Below, in pieces: positions 35,603-50,229 of a stretch of DNA of 64,000 nucleotides. Origin of the DNA: Chiloscyllium plagiosum. Taxonomy: Eukaryota. The translations under genes and the position numbers were made by a program. The notes beneath the pieces are model-generated. The model was not told where the DNA came from, made no database searches, and saw nothing but the letters and a program-made list of their open reading frames with translations. The stretch spans positions 2,271,285 to 2,335,284 of the forward strand of contig NC_057753.1 in the NCBI RefSeq assembly GCF_004010195.1, written 5' to 3'. Within the stretch, counting starts at the first letter, position 1. The number at the start of each line of letters is the position of its first letter.

Positions 35603-37779
35603 AGAAATGACTAAACCGTTATGCAACATATGCTGCCATCTTTAATACATCTGTCCATGGGGCGTATCAGGATTGATGGATGTTCCATCAAAATTGCTAA
35701 TGGTTTCAAGCCACCAATGCAGGTAGAATGTTGTACTGCCCAGAATACTGCCAATAAGCTCCTTTGCATGCTGTGTACTCAGACTTCAGCGGTGTGATCG
35801 TGCATGAGGACTGAATATGACAAAATGCCTTTATTTTGGAACAGTATGACATCGTGGACAGTACCCATCCCAGAAATAACAAGAAGCATTGAAGAGTTAA
35901 CTGTTATTCTTCAACCACAGATGCTTTCTGGTCTGTTTTGTATTGTTAGCATTTTCTGATATATTCGATTGAATGGGGGTTATGCTCAGTGCTGACATAA
36001 TTATTACAGAATGGTTGCAATGATGATGTCCAATTCTAGTTGTGCATACCAAAGTTTATGCCCTGCCCTTCTGATTCAAGTAGCTTCAAGTGCAGGATTG
36101 GCAATCAGGATTCAAAAGGTTAAAGCTGTACATGTTTCAAAGTCCTTGGATGAAGGATAAATGGAAAGAATGCTTACAGAATCGCAGGAAAATCTAACGC
36201 TAGCCAGTTCTTGATGAGAAAATCATGGAATTGCGTTTGCAGGTATTCAGCTTTTCTTTTCTTCATGGAAATTTGAATAGCACAGATTTTAACACTGTTT
36301 GCGAAGAGTCAGAATATCTTTGGCTCTTTTGCTAGCCGTATGGATCAGGAATGGAAGGTGGCTGAAGCACTAGTGTTGAATTTGAACATGACACGTTTGT
36401 AAAGTTACAATGAAAGAAAGTGTAATAATGTATGTTTCACAATTTGCTGTTAATTGAGAAATACACTTTGACGAATTAATAGTGCTTCTCTACTTCCTTG
36501 CACAAATGAGTGAAACGACCAAGGTTTTCACTAAAAAAATTATCTGACAACTATTAAAATCCAGCCGACAAGTTGTCAACACACATTGGTCGTCACCAGA
36601 CCTCGCATTTTTACCTCACACTAACCCTAGTCAGCGCAGAATGAAAATTCAATTGCAATAACGCAAAGAGACAAGAATTTACAGCTTCCTTCGTTCTGTT
36701 ATTACTTCCTGTGGGATTGCACTGAATGATTGAGAATGAGGAAAAGCAAGTGACAAGAGCACAGAAACACACGATTGTCTTAGGGAAAATATTTTTAAAC
36801 GTTTTCTTCATGGATTCAATGGATTGAAACATGGCTTGATATTCACATTATATGAATGAAGCACACAGTATTCCAGAAGTTATTAAGTTAATTACAGATT
36901 ACAAGAGAAAAGAGATAATGTTGCATTTTATCATGGCATTAGTCAGACCTCAGCTAAAATTTACTTTCACAGTTGTGGACAGTAGAGTGAGAGTGGGAAC
37001 ACATTGGAGAGAATTCTGCAGACATTTCTGAAAATGTTTCCACACCTTCCGTGGAAAAGTCTATCTGGAGAATTAGGGATAATTTCCCTTGGAGAGCACA
37101 AAGTTGAAAAGAGATGTAGTAGGCGATTACAAAATCATGTGTGGTTCAGGTGTAAAAATTGGGAGAAACTCTTCCCACTCATAAAAAGAAAGAGAATGCA
37201 GGGAACAAAGATTTAGAGGAACTTGCAGCTGAAGCAAAAACTGTCGAAAAAAAAATGCTTCATTACACAGCCAGTGGTCAAGTTCTGAAATGCAGTTTCT
37301 GGAATAGTGGACAAGGAAACATCAATCAAAGGAATGTGGTAGGCATTGGTGGCTTATTTAAATGGAGCAATAGTGTGTTTACGGGAAATGGTAGGAAAAC
37401 AGCACTCAGTCATAACAGCTATGCAGAGCGTCAGTCCCAGTTAAAATGGGCAGAATCTTGTGCAATATTACTTGGCTTATTATTTGATATCACTCCACAG
37501 TGACCGTCAGCGCAATCAAAACTCTAAAGCATACACATGTAACACCACGTCAAAGAGAATTGAAAATAAAGTGACTGAGATTAGTTGCTGATCGAATTTA
37601 GAATCTTCCAATTGTATGCTATAACAGACTGGGAAACTAGAATGAAAAGGGGTCATTTGTAATCTGGACATGGAGAGGAAATATCAAGATATCACAAACT
37701 ACTGATGCAGAATTTTCTGAATGTGTTGATAAATAAGTTGTTTTTCCTTCCATTAGCACCTTGGATGTGCGTTCTATTA

Positions 37780-38690
37780 TCACAGTTTGAGCGACATACA
37801 TAATAACTGAAATGGATATTTCACCCCATTTATTAATTCTGCTCTGAATTTAGCCTGCACTCCGACATAAATGAATGCATTGATACAGGAACTCAGAAGC
37901 TGAAGCATAAACCCATATTCCTCAAGAACGAACGTTGATTTACTGGAAGCAGAACCTGAGAAATAAGTTACATTGGCAATTCGGACATAGAGGATCGTTA
38001 TCATGAATAGTAAATAGAGCAGGATGAAATTGCACGAGATGGCAAAAAGTAAAACAATAGACTTTCGCCTCTTCTCCACCTCTGGGTCTCTCTGGTTCTC
38101 TCCACTGTTCTGAATCGAAACTCTCCTGCGGGCTCTATTGGCTGCTAAAACATGTCTGACAGTCAGAGCGTTGAGCAGTACAATTAAAATGAACGGGAGA
38201 CAGGGAGTTACAATGATCCACATCCAGTCATATGCAACCCACGCAGGTGACGTGTAATATACTAATTTTGTTCTGCAGAACCACGGTATATTCTTAATTA
38301 TGTACACGGGCTCATATCCAAAATATACAAAAACATTTTTAATACAACTCAGGGTGGACACGATTCCTACAATCCATGCTGCCACCCTTTCAGTGCAATA
38401 TCGTACTTTCAGCTTTTGGCACGAAATAGCCACAAACCGGTCAAAGGTAAAAGTGACTGTTAACCAGACAGAATTGTCTATAGATGCATAAATCAAGGCA
38501 GAACGTAAACTGCACAATGGGGTGATGGAAAGGAAACTTGTTGGAAAATAAACCCCAGCAATACGGTTTAATAAGACAGCAGTAACTATGACCAGGAGAT
38601 CTGTTGCTGCCATTGACACAAGGTAAATAGTGACACAGCCAGAGAGACCACAGGCTCTTCGAGACAGGATCACAATCACAACCAAGTTTG
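37780..38690 (-). CDS. GPCR A exon 2 (GPR139/GPR142-like class A receptor)
   Basis: Polypyrimidine tract plus CAG acceptor at 38691-38693. ANLVVIVIL, MAATDLL, TFDRFVAI, PCLP, NAFIY. With exon 1 it gives 981 nt, 326 aa, open. Confidence 0.9.
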
Positions 38691-40594
38691 CTGTAATAAA
38701 AGAGGGAGAGAAAGAGTGAAATCAGTTGTCATAGCGAGTGGGAGATGAGGAGAGAAAGATTTGAGTTAGATCAGAAGGAAAACACTATGGATTTGAAAAC
38801 ACCAAATGACAATGCAGTCAGATTGAATAAGCAAGAAAAATCTAATTCAGAAAGACTTAAAGGAACTAGGAAGGTATGTCATAACAGACTGGGAAACTAA
38901 AATGAACAGCTATCTTATCTCACTGTGAGTCAGTGTGATTCATTCCAATGTGTTTAGTGCATGACTAAGCACTGTTAGTGAATTCGTAAGTCAACTTGAA
39001 TACAAGTATTCTGAAAGAGAGGAAAGTGAACATGAAACCAAAATTCCAGTCAACATTGCAGGGATAATGTAAGTTTGACACTGGTCATGGGCACTGATAA
39101 TTCAGATATCTTAAGGGTACAGTGAATTGTAGTTTTTCCATAACCATTGGAACTAGTAGATGAAGAGGTCTGATTCGGAGAAAGACCTTCCTACTGAATT
39201 CAGCCATGACATCACTTCATTCGTGCTTGCCTGTAATCCATGTAACAATTCATTAACTTTATCCAATGGTTGATAATCGAAATTTTAAAAAAAGTATTAC
39301 GTATTACATTTAAGAGATACTACCAGTTATGGTTTCTCACTGAATTTGGGGGGAAAAAGTGCTGAAGGTAGAATGAAGGTGGAACGCATTGTCAGATGCT
39401 GGAAGCAGGAAAAAATCTGACTCTCAAAGTTGTCAGTTCAGCACAATCAGCAGTGGATCATGTGAAAGTGAAGAATTGGATTAAAACAACAGTTTTAGAG
39501 ATTGAGGATTTAGCATCATGGTCTGACATCTATGGAGGGTATCAATCTCTTAGTCACATGACAAGATCTTCTTGGCATTTATAGTTGAAATCATGGCATT
39601 GCCTAATAATTTCGGTTCAGGAAACTGATATATCAATTTGAGCAAAGAGTATTCCAAGATTTCAACCTCACTGCCAAGTTATCATTTTTCATAAAATTAT
39701 TAATTCAAAAGTGAATAGCAATACGCTGACAATAACATATCACACACTGAGAACAGTTTGTCATCTCCCACTTAAATTGTGTCAGCCACACAAGAAAGCA
39801 ATATTTTTACAGTGATAACAGTAAGATAAACCACATACAGTAACATAATCAATAATGTAGTGGGACTCCAGTTACACTGTAATAACGGATCGAAGATTCG
39901 CCATCAACAACAGTGCCAATGTCTCAGTAACCATACTTTTACACAATAATACCTTTATATTACCTGACCAGAATAGCAATGACAATTATACAATCAGAAT
40001 GTCTTTGCGCTGTAATAATAATAAGAAAGCTTCATACAAAACAGTGAGAGTAAAAATCGAAACTTACATACATGGTAAGTTGTTAGTGGTCAATGAAAAA
40101 AATAAAATTGACACAATGGCATGGTATTGTCACAAAATAAGATAATTGGAAAGGGAGGAAATCATAATGGTACCACAAGAAATGTACACTGATAAATGTG
40201 GTTACACAATAATAGTCAAGAAGAAAGTGATACTACTAATACTCAGAACTCATAACGCCATTTGGTAGATGGTTTCATCAAAATGAATTTAAGAGACTGC
40301 TGGACATGCATATGGTCACAGAAATTTGAGGGTGCTTACATGAGGATCAATGACCGGCACAATATCGTGGGCTGAAGGGCCTGTTCTGTGCTGTACTGTT
40401 CTATGTTCTATTGATAGCGTTAAGGTGGGAAATGACTGTGTCGAAGGATAGCTTTAATGGGTTGGAGCAAAGACAATGTACTGTGAAGGAAGACAATACA
40501 CATTATGAGAAAGAAAAGGACTATTGATAAAATTGAACAAATGATGCAGTTCAGTGATGATTGAACCAGTTACTAAGTAAGTCCAATACTTTAC

Positions 40595-40664
40595 CTGGAA
40601 TCCCGATAACTGCAAGGATGGGATAATAAATGGAAAACAGTAAACCATTTGGTATTCCGTGCAT
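40595..40664 (-). CDS. GPCR A exon 1
   Basis: MHGIPNGLLFSIYYPILAVIGIP followed by G|GTAAAG donor. Phase 1 matches exon 2. Confidence 0.85.
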
Positions 40665-41427
40665 TTCTGGTGAAGCTCTGAGCGAATTCTGTAATTCACT
40701 GAAGATTGCTGGTAATTGTACCCAATGCCAGATACCAGGGGGCTAATTAGTTGGTTGTTTTTTTTTAAAATTGATTTAGCAATAAGACGAGTGCATCTGC
40801 TGCCAGCGAGATTTTGTTAGTTGGGACAGAATGTTTTTGGGTTTCAGGAAGTTTGACATGGTAATAAAGTGAAAAACCAAGGGATGACATAATAACACAC
40901 TTGTATGCCTTTTCAAATATAGAAGGAGCAGACGACGATTGTGTCGACAGAACATCGTTGTCCATGACACAATACAATCAAAAATATAATGCCTTTCAGA
41001 AAAAAATTGCAATCAGCACAATCACACTCTTAATAAATGTCAGACTAGTGCAATGATTAGTCAGCGTCAATGCTGAGACAGTACATCAATTTTATTACAT
41101 GGGACTGTTTATATACTGTAGACATACGTAGTTAAATAGATTTATCTTTTGTCTCGAATGGTGCATATGGATTTGCATATTGGTCCATATCAGTTTTGTT
41201 ATATATGATATGGATAGTTGCAATAATCAGTGTTGCCCTCAGCATTGTTATATCAAATACTGCACCCTCAAATTTGTTGCTCACCTTTTTTCTATTAGCA
41301 TGTGTGAATTTAGTAGTATTGTTTTTTGCTCAAGCAAGTTATGTTCTGCACCCACACCTTCATTAAACTCCCTCAATAACATATGTCAACAGATTCATTC
41401 TAACCAGCTGACATGCTGAATAACTAC

Positions 41428-43031
41428 ATAGAACATAGAAAAGTACAGCGCAGTACAGGCTCTTTGGCCCTCGATGTTGCGCCGATCCAAGCCCACGATA
41501 TGCCTATCTCATGCCCGTTTAAATGCCCGTAAAGAGAGAGCGTCTACCACTGCTATTGGCAGGGCATTCCATGAACTCAGAACTTGCTGAGTAAAGAATC
41601 TACCCCTAAATCTGTCCTATACCTACCACCCCTTAATTTAAAGCTATGCCCCCTCGTAATAGCTGACTCCATACGTGGAAAAAGGTTCTCATGGTCAACC
41701 CTATCTAAACCCCTAATCATCTTGTACACCTCTATCAAGTCACCCCTAAACCTTCTTTTCTGCAATAAAACAGCCACAAGTGCCTCAGCCTTTCCTCATA
41801 CGATCTTCCTACCATACCAGGCAACATCCTGGTAAACATCCTCTGCACCCGTTCCAGTGCCTCCACATCCTTCCTATAATATGGCGACCAAAACTGCACA
41901 CAATACTCCAGATGCGGCCGCAAAAGAGTCTTATACAACTGCAACATAATCTCAGGACTCCGGAACTCAATTCCTCTACCAATAAAAGCCAGTACGCCAA
42001 ATGCCTTCCTCACCGCACTATTTACCTGGGTGGCAACTTTCAAAGATCTGTGGACATGGACACCAAGATCCCTCTGCTCATCCACACTACCAAGTATCCG
42101 ACCATTAGCCCAGTACCCCATCTTTTTGTTATTCTTCCCAAAGTGAATCACCTCACACTTAGCTACATTGAATTCCATTTGCCACCTTTCTGCCCAGCTC
42201 TGCAGCTTCTCTATATCCTGCTGTAACCTGCCACATCCTTCCTCACTGTCAACAACTCCTCCGACTTTCGTATCATCCGCAAACTTGCTCACCCAACCTT
42301 CTAACCCCTCTTCCAGGTCATTTATAAAAATGACAAACAGCAATGGTCCCAAAACAGATCCTTGCGGAACACCGCTAGTGACGGCACTCCAAGATGAACC
42401 TTTGCCATCAACTACTACCCCCTGTCTTCTTCCATCCAGCCAATTCCTAATCCAAACCTCCAACCCACCCCCAATGCCATATCTCCGTATTTCCTGCAGT
42501 AGCCTACCATGGGGAACCTTATCAAACGCCTTACTAAAATCCATATATACCACATCTACCGCTTTCCCCGCATCAACCTCCTTCGTCACCTTTTCAAAGA
42601 ATTCAATAAGGTTTGTGAGGAACGACGTGCCCTTCCCAAAACCATGCTGACTATCCTTGATCACATTATTCCTATCCAGATGTGCATAAATCCTATCCCT
42701 TACAATTCTCTCTAAGATTTTGCCCACAACAGAAGTGAGACTCACCGGCCTATAGTTACTAGGGCTATCCCTACTCCCCTTTTGAACAAGGGAACCACAT
42801 TTGCTAGCCTCCAATCTTCTGGCACTAAACTCCATTTGCCACGTTTCTGCCCAGCTCTGCAACTTATCTATATCCCGCTGTAACCTGACACATCTTTCCT
42901 CACTGTCAACAACTCCACTGACTTTCGTATCATCCGCAAACTTGCTCACCCAACCTTCTAGCCCCTCCTCCAGGTCATTTATAAAAATGACAAACAGCAA
43001 TGGTCCCAAAACAGATCCTTGCGGAACACCG
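41428..43031 (-). mobile_element. Relatively young CR1 3' portion with duplicated RT segment
   Basis: ORF 41735-43009 has QGSVLGP, FINDLE, FADDTK. 42823-43031 duplicates 42165-42373. Confidence 0.9.
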
Positions 43032-43609
43032 CAGCATCGCTGTATTCATATGCTCCCGTGAAAGGGTAATCCATCACAATGATAGATATGATAAACAAGA
43101 ATTTCTCTCGTTTGTACGCAATTGCCATCTATTTCAACTAGTTGCTAACAAAAGGCTACCTGGCATGGCAACAGCTTACCAAACTCGAAGATCAGAATCG
43201 CACTCAAAACATAAACTTTGCTGCTCATTCTATACATGCTGCCAACGTCTCTGGCTGTGTTTCTTCAGCTCTTTCAGATTTCAATTCAGATTTTTGGTTC
43301 TGAGAGAGTTGTCTGTGTTTGGAGTTCTCTAAATCGGGTGGCTCAAGAAGTGCAAAAGTTGTATTGCTGTGATTTGGATTCCAGTCTGTTTCTTGCCCGA
43401 TATCGTATTTGTTCTGCCATACTCTGACGGCCTTGACAGCTATTTTGTGTGAACAACTGCTTTTATATTCGATAGCATTGCAGCCATTTGTTATACGAAG
43501 TGAAAATGCAATACTGCACTGCGAAAATGGCATCATGGGTAAGAGGAGCTTGCCTATATTGTATTGCATATATTAACAAAACCTTTGTGTATTTATTACA
43601 TACATTATT

Positions 43610-45055
43610 AATAGTGTACCCTGGTTCTAACCATTGCAGTTTTTGAGTAACAATTTGGTTGAGTGGGATTCGGTTGTTTCAGGCGAGTGTCAGAAACAAA
43701 AGTGGGACATCAATATTACTTTACCATTGTGGACATGATAACTCAGTTGCCAAAAGATATTCCTTCCGAGATGAATAGGCTAGTCCACCACTTAAAATAT
43801 TAGTACAGTATTTTAATCGTTTAGACTACTGTTGAGATATGATCAGTTCAGGGACATAAAGTTCCAGGAAATAATATTCCAGGTGGGCATAATAGTGTCA
43901 TTTAAGATGTACCTAGACAGATGACCGGGCAGGGAGCAGAGGGATACAGATCAGTGGAAAATAGGGGACAGGTTTAGATAGAAGATTTGGATTGGCGCAG
44001 GCTTGGAGGACGGAAGGGCCTGTTCCTGTGCTGTAATTATTTTTGCTCTTTGTTCTTTGAAAGCGTTACCATTTTGGGTATAAAATGTTTGAAATCACTT
44101 TGGATAATTCAGAAACATATAGGAGCTTGGAGAGGGACAATCAGACTCTCAAAGGCATGAGTAAGGCCCAATGTCCCGAATATCCAAAGGATAAGAATTC
44201 AATTTTTAGAAGTTTCTTACCAGAGAGTCTCCAAATGAATCTATTGGATGTTCCTCATTTAAATTTATTTCTTAGTCATGAGAATCATGGGCCACTTAAT
44301 TTGATAAAGAAAAAGTTATTGAATATTAAAGATGAATTCTCAATGTTAGGTTACAGGTGAATGCTTCTAGAAAGACTGATATTAGCATGTACAACAGCAG
44401 AGAAACATTCAAACTTGTAATTGACAGAAGATGTGCAGATAAACACTCAGCGACTTGCTTCAGATGGAAAATGAAGTGTTGATACTGTCATTCATAGCTA
44501 AATACGTGGAAGTGAATTTAAGTGTTCCATACGCAGTTGTTTGAATAGTTAGTGAAGTGAATTATCTGATAACCACCTCTGGTTATCGGACAAAGAATCA
44601 GTTACGTCAGACACATGCGCAGAAATGGTTTATTTTCGAAGAGAATAAGGAGCACCAAATGTGTCAAGTGATAAGAGACGTGGAACATGATAGATATGAT
44701 GAGAATGAGGTGGAACGAGTAAAACAGTTCACAAAGTGAACTTTCTAAAGGTTAACCAGCTAACAGAGAAATGCTGAGGCAGTTAGATAGTCTGATGACA
44801 TATCAAGAGAAGGGACAATAAGGGAATCTTATAATATTACTGACAACTTACAGGGTAACCTGTTTTTCGATCTATAGCTGTGTGACCAGCGGCGTTCCAC
44901 AGGGATGAATGCTGGATCCACTTTAGTTCATCATTTATATAAATAATTTAAATGAGAACATAGAAAGCAGCGTTGGGAAGTTTACACATGACAACAAGAT
45001 TGGTGGTACAGTGGACAGTGAAGAAGGTTCTCGAATATTCCAAAGAGATCTTGCT
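43610..45055 (+). repeat. Diverged direct segmental duplicate of 32460-34120
   Basis: Shares the motifs listed for 32460-34120. Carries its own CR1 tail at ~43890-44060. Confidence 0.8.
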
Positions 45056-45417
45056 ATAAATTAAACATCAAAATGTTAACTTTCAAGGAAGGATAATTCA
45101 ATGTAAAAGATGCCTAGATTGTGAAGAATAAGAAGAAACTATCACATGGTAAAATGTTAACTGTAAATGGGAGAACTATAACCATAATACTGAAGAATTA
45201 TGCCAGTAAATGTAATAAACTGTATTTCAATACCCATACCATTAAATGGAAATCAGAATAGGTTTGCATTGCAAAGCAGGAAAAAATTGTTATACTGAAG
45301 TTATTGTAGCGGTAAAGGGAACAAGTATATTGGAGAAATTATGTCTGGAGCTTGGAAAAGCAATTCTGGAAAAATGTCGGCATGCGTCATCTGAAGAAAC
45401 TAACTGCAATACTTTAT

Positions 45418-45487
45418 TTGGAATTCCAATGGCTGCAAGGACGGGATAGTAAATGGCAAACACCATACATTTGAGTTTTGCATGCAT
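45418..45487 (-). pseudogene. GPCR C orphan exon 1
   Basis: MHAKLKCMVFAIYYPVLAAIGIP. The donor reads A|ATAAAG instead of G|GTAAAG, and no exon 2 of its own follows. Confidence 0.75.
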
Positions 45488-46379
45488 TTCTGCCAAAGGT
45501 TCTTTGCCCATTTTGCATTAGTGGGCCTCAGGTAAATTGCTAGCTGGTTTGATAGCTTAGTTTAATGACATTTTCTCCAACAAACAGGTTAGTATAGATG
45601 TTTCTGCACTGTCATTTATGACTGACACATGGTATCTACTGGGACCCAATAGATTGTCGTGTTAGAGACTACACTATGATCCCATTTGCATTCCTTTATC
45701 AGAATCAGAACTGCCTGGATATTGGCTTGAGGTTAAAACAATGGATTTTGCTGAGAAGATCAATTATGATTGTCTAATTTCTTCAGAAATTGGTGCTCTG
45801 ATCTGGCTCTTGATCATTGTTCTATTCATGATCACAAAAGAGCTGAGCCATGGAGGACAATTTATCTGCAACTGAAAAACCACTTTAATAAAACCTGCGA
45901 ATTTAATGTTGGCATTTGGCGTTAAGTTCTGTATGGAGCAGACCAGATAGTTGTGTTGTTATTCAGTGTGAATTTCATTAGTTCTTCGTTTGAACATTCA
46001 TTGTTGACATTTCCAGTTTCCAGAAAAGTAGTCTATCGAATCTCAATTACTTTTTATATAATCCTGATCAAGTTTCAACAGATGGATTGGATACTAAATT
46101 GTCCTGTGCAACATTTTTATATTCACTATAGATTTTCTTTTTCAGAATGGACATATCCTGCCTGTACAATTTCAGGTTTATGCCAATCCATGTGATATGA
46201 TACAGATTGATTGGAGTATCAAACCAAGCAGATCATATCCATCACCCTAAAATCAATTTAGACTTGAAAGGCACAATCCCAAGACATCAATAGTGGACAG
46301 AGCAGTTCCATACATTTTGAGCTCAATTTGACAAACACATGAATCAATACCCATACATGCCAAACAACACTTGGAGTAA

Positions 46380-48890
46380 GCACTGAGGGTGGAAAGTGTA
46401 CGGAATGTTGTCTGGGTGCGGACTTTAATCACAAACACCAAGAGGGTATCGACAGCAGCACTAGTGCCAGGTTATCTGAGACCTTATGAACATTGTTGTT
46501 GGTCCAGGTCAATGGTGAGGGAGGCAACAAGAGAGAAATACATGCATCACCTCAACCTCAGCAATCTGCCAGCGACAGATACATCTGTCCATGGATGTAT
46601 CAGTCATAATTAGTACCACACAGTACTATTGGAGAGAAAGTCCCGCTTTTATATTGAGAAAACCGTTTATCCCCCTTTCTGGCACTATTACTGTGCTAAT
46701 TGGAACAAAGTTTGAATAGATCCAACAACTCGAGACTGAGGTGTTCTGAGAACTGAACTGCAGCAGAATTGTACTCCAATGCAATCTGCAATCTCAAAGA
46801 CCGACAAATCCCCATCTCCACCATGGCCATCAAGGCAGGGAATGTTCAAGAAACAGTGGAGAACGGTCTAAAAGCAACAATATGAGAGTTACTAAAATGA
46901 TGCACCAACATGACAAACGTATTAAAAGGACTATTTGTCTGCCAAAAAACATACGCAGCAAATTAAAGACAAAGTCAAGTGATTCCATAATCAATGGATC
47001 AATTTGAAGTTCTTTCATGCTTTCCATAAATATTACTGGACAATTAACACACTGGAACAAGAGGAGGCTTACAAATATCCTCATCATCAAATCGGACCAT
47101 CAGAGCAAAAGGTAAGATTGAAGCATTTGCAAGGACCTACAGCCGGAAGTGTCAAGTGGATGATCAATTCCAGCCTCTTACTGTGGTACTTGGCATCACT
47201 GATGCCAAGCTTCAGTCAATCAATTGACTCCACGCGACATCATGAAATGATTGGAGACAAGAGATACTGCAAATGCTACGGTCTCTGAAAATATCACTGG
47301 AATGGATTCTGATAACCCGTGCACAAGGAATTCCCTCCATTGCATATCTCACTTGCACGCCATTCTGCTAACTACAGGCAGAACAGTGGCATCTACTTGA
47401 CAATGTACAAAATTGTCGCAGTGTATCGTGCACACAATAGAATGTCAAATCCAACCCAATAAATTACCACCCCATCAGTCTACTCTTGTGCATCAGCAAA
47501 TGACAGAAGCTCTCACCAACAATGCTATGAAGCAGTCCAGGTTCAGCACTAACCTGTTCAGTGATTGTTGTGGTTCTCCCAAACTCTGTTCAGTGATGTC
47601 CATTTGGACTCAGACAAGGCTATTCAGCTCCTGAAATAATTGCAGCCTTGATTCAAACGTGCACAAAAGGTTAGATTCAAACACTCAGGCGAAAGTCGCC
47701 ATCCTTGTCCCCAACGCCAATTTCAACGAGTGTTATTTCAAGTTACAAGAACAAAACTGGAATCAATAGGAATCTGGGAAAACTGGTCTGTGGTTGGACT
47801 CATACCTAGCAAAAAGAACATATTTATGCTTGGTGGAGGTCAGTGATTTCAGCTCCTGCACTTCTCTGTCAGAGTTCCTTAGGGTATGTTCACATTCCAA
47901 GGACCTTCAGAGGCTTCATCAGTGATATTCCTTCCATCATAAGAAAAGAAGACGTGGGAATGATCAAAGGTGATTCCACAAATTCATGACTACTGACAAT
48001 TCCTCAGCTGCTGCAGTGATCTCTGTCTAAATGCGCAGCAAGCTGAGCATTATCCAGTTTTGGCTGAAATGTGCAACAAATATTTGTATCATACAAGAGG
48101 CAAACAATGGCTATCTCCAACAGAAAGAGAAACTAAGCATCGTTTCTTCACATTTATTGACATTGCAATTACTGATTCCTTCACTTTTAATTTCCTGGGG
48201 GTTATTGCTGTTCAGAAAATAGACTGACCATATATGGGCTGCAACCTACCCCCTCACACTCTAAGCCCTGTCCACTGTCTAAAAGGCAACGTTTAGCGTG
48301 TGATGGAATATTCCCGAGTTGCCTAGCTCTGGCAAAACTCAGGAAGCTTGACACAACTAAGGACACAGCAGCCCACTTCATTGACATTGCATGCACATAC
48401 ATCCGTTCTCTTCATCACTGACGCACAGTAGCAGTAATGTTTAACGTGCATTGAACAAATATATGACGCCCTGCAGAAATTCAGCAATGCTCCTGCAACA
48501 GCATCTTTCACATACACAACTACCACCATCTAGAAGGGCAAGGACAAAAAATAAATTGGATCACAATCATTTGCAGTTTCTTGTTTTAAGCAATCATTGT
48601 TAGTCAAAGGTAAAAGTAGAGTAATAGATGAGCGAAATTGGTATGAGTGGGTTACTCTTCGGAAGGTTGGTGTTGACTTGTTGAGCGAAATGGTCTGTTT
48701 CCATGATTCTATGATTGTTTTAACTTGACATTTTCTTATGCACCGTCAGTATCATTGGACAAATATCCTGGACCTCATCTCCTAATGGCATTGGAGGACT
48801 ACCTGGACTGAGGCGGTTCAAGAAGGCAACTCATCATTACCACTTTCTCAAGGGTATCAAATGGTGGTTATTAAGTACTGACTCATCGAG
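46380..48890 (+). mobile_element. Highly decayed LINE (L2/CR1 group)
   Basis: Scattered ORF2-like similarity and a 3' tail ggactgaggcggttcaagaaggcaactca. No long ORF. Confidence 0.55.
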
Positions 48891-49589
48891 CGACTCTCAT
48901 ATTACAGGAAGTGACGTCCTACAAACAAATGATTGATGCACAGCCATGCTTCATGGGAGAGAGCAGCTACTTTCTGATTGTAGTTATTCAACCTCTGCAA
49001 GGTTGAGATCAGCACACCAGATGACAACTACATCACTGTTATCAACAGAATCAAACATATTCCCAACAGGTGGTACAAGGCTAACCGATCTACGGTTCCC
49101 ACTTTTCTTTCTGCTTGTGTCTTAACATAATCGGATGACGTTTGTTAATTCACAAATTTCACCAACCATTTCAGAATGTATGGAATTTTGGAAGATCATC
49201 ATCACTGCACTATTGACCTTCATAGCTCCCACATCCTTTAGATTATTAGGGACAGAATGCTGAATATTATGTTTCAAACATTTGTCATGCTACAATTCTA
49301 CTAATTTCTTCAACATAAATTTCTCACTGCTAATCAGTTTTCTTTTCATTTCCTCCACGTCAATGGCTCATTGAGCCACTTATTCGGAGATGATCTGTGA
49401 AGGCACACAAAAAAATCATTATTCAGCTTGTTTGTCAGATATCTATGACACTAAACTCTTTGCTTTCCTGCCTCTGCATGGAACATTTTAGTGTTATAAA
49501 CACTGTTTATGGGGTTTCATCAATGGGGAGAAGCAGCAAAGATGCAGTCTATACGACGCAGTTCCTTGCACAAGCAACAGTAAAAATGC

Positions 49590-49872
49590 CACAGTCAGGA
49601 ACAGACAGGAGATATTGTGCTCGTGAACGAGACTCCCGGATGATATGTTACCTCCCGGGTCCCAGGATCAGGGATGGCTCGGATCGAATCTACAGGATTC
49701 TTAAGGGGGAGGGAGAGCAACCAGAAGTCGTGGTACGTATCTGTCCCAATGATTTCGGCAGGGAAAGCGAGGAGAAACTGAAAATTGAGTAGAGGGGATT
49801 AAGTTGGAAGCTCGAAGGCAGGATGAGCGAATATTAATCTGAGCATTGCCACCGCTGCCAGGTGCTAGTGAG
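49590..49872 (+). mobile_element. CR1 ORF1 esterase fragment
   Basis: GTDRRYCARERDSRMICYLPGPRIRD...EQPEVVVRICPND. Confidence 0.7.
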
Positions 49873-49874
49873 TA

Positions 49875-50202
49875 AAAAAAACCACACACCACCAGATTAT
49901 AGATTTATTTGGAAGCACCAGTTTTCGGAGCGCTGCTCCTTCATCAGGTGGTTGTGGAGAATAAGATTGTAAGACACAAAAGTTTATAGCAAAAGCTTAC
50001 GGTGTGATGTGACTGAAATTATATACTGAAAAAGACCGTTTCAACATATAATTTCAGTTACATCACACTATAAACTTTTACTATAAATTCTGCATCTATC
50101 ATATTCTCCACAATCGCATGATGAAGGAGCAGCGCTCCGAAAGCTAGTGCTTCCAAATAAATCTGTTGGAGTATAACCTGGTGTTATGTGATTTTTAACT
50201 TT
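49875..50202. mobile_element. Older PLE-derived hairpin
   Basis: Inverted arms homologous to 1-344. Both hammerhead cores are mutated. Confidence 0.75.
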
Positions 50203-50229
50203 GTATACATCAGCCCCACACCCTTCTTT

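Larger units (their letters stand above)
35810..40700. repeat. Inverted segmental duplicate of 52930-57440 (GPCR gene unit)
   Basis: Exons, intron and ~2 kb of 3' flank align in reverse complement, e.g. 39370-39470 with 54090-54190 and 36050-36300 with 57040-57200. Confidence 0.85.
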
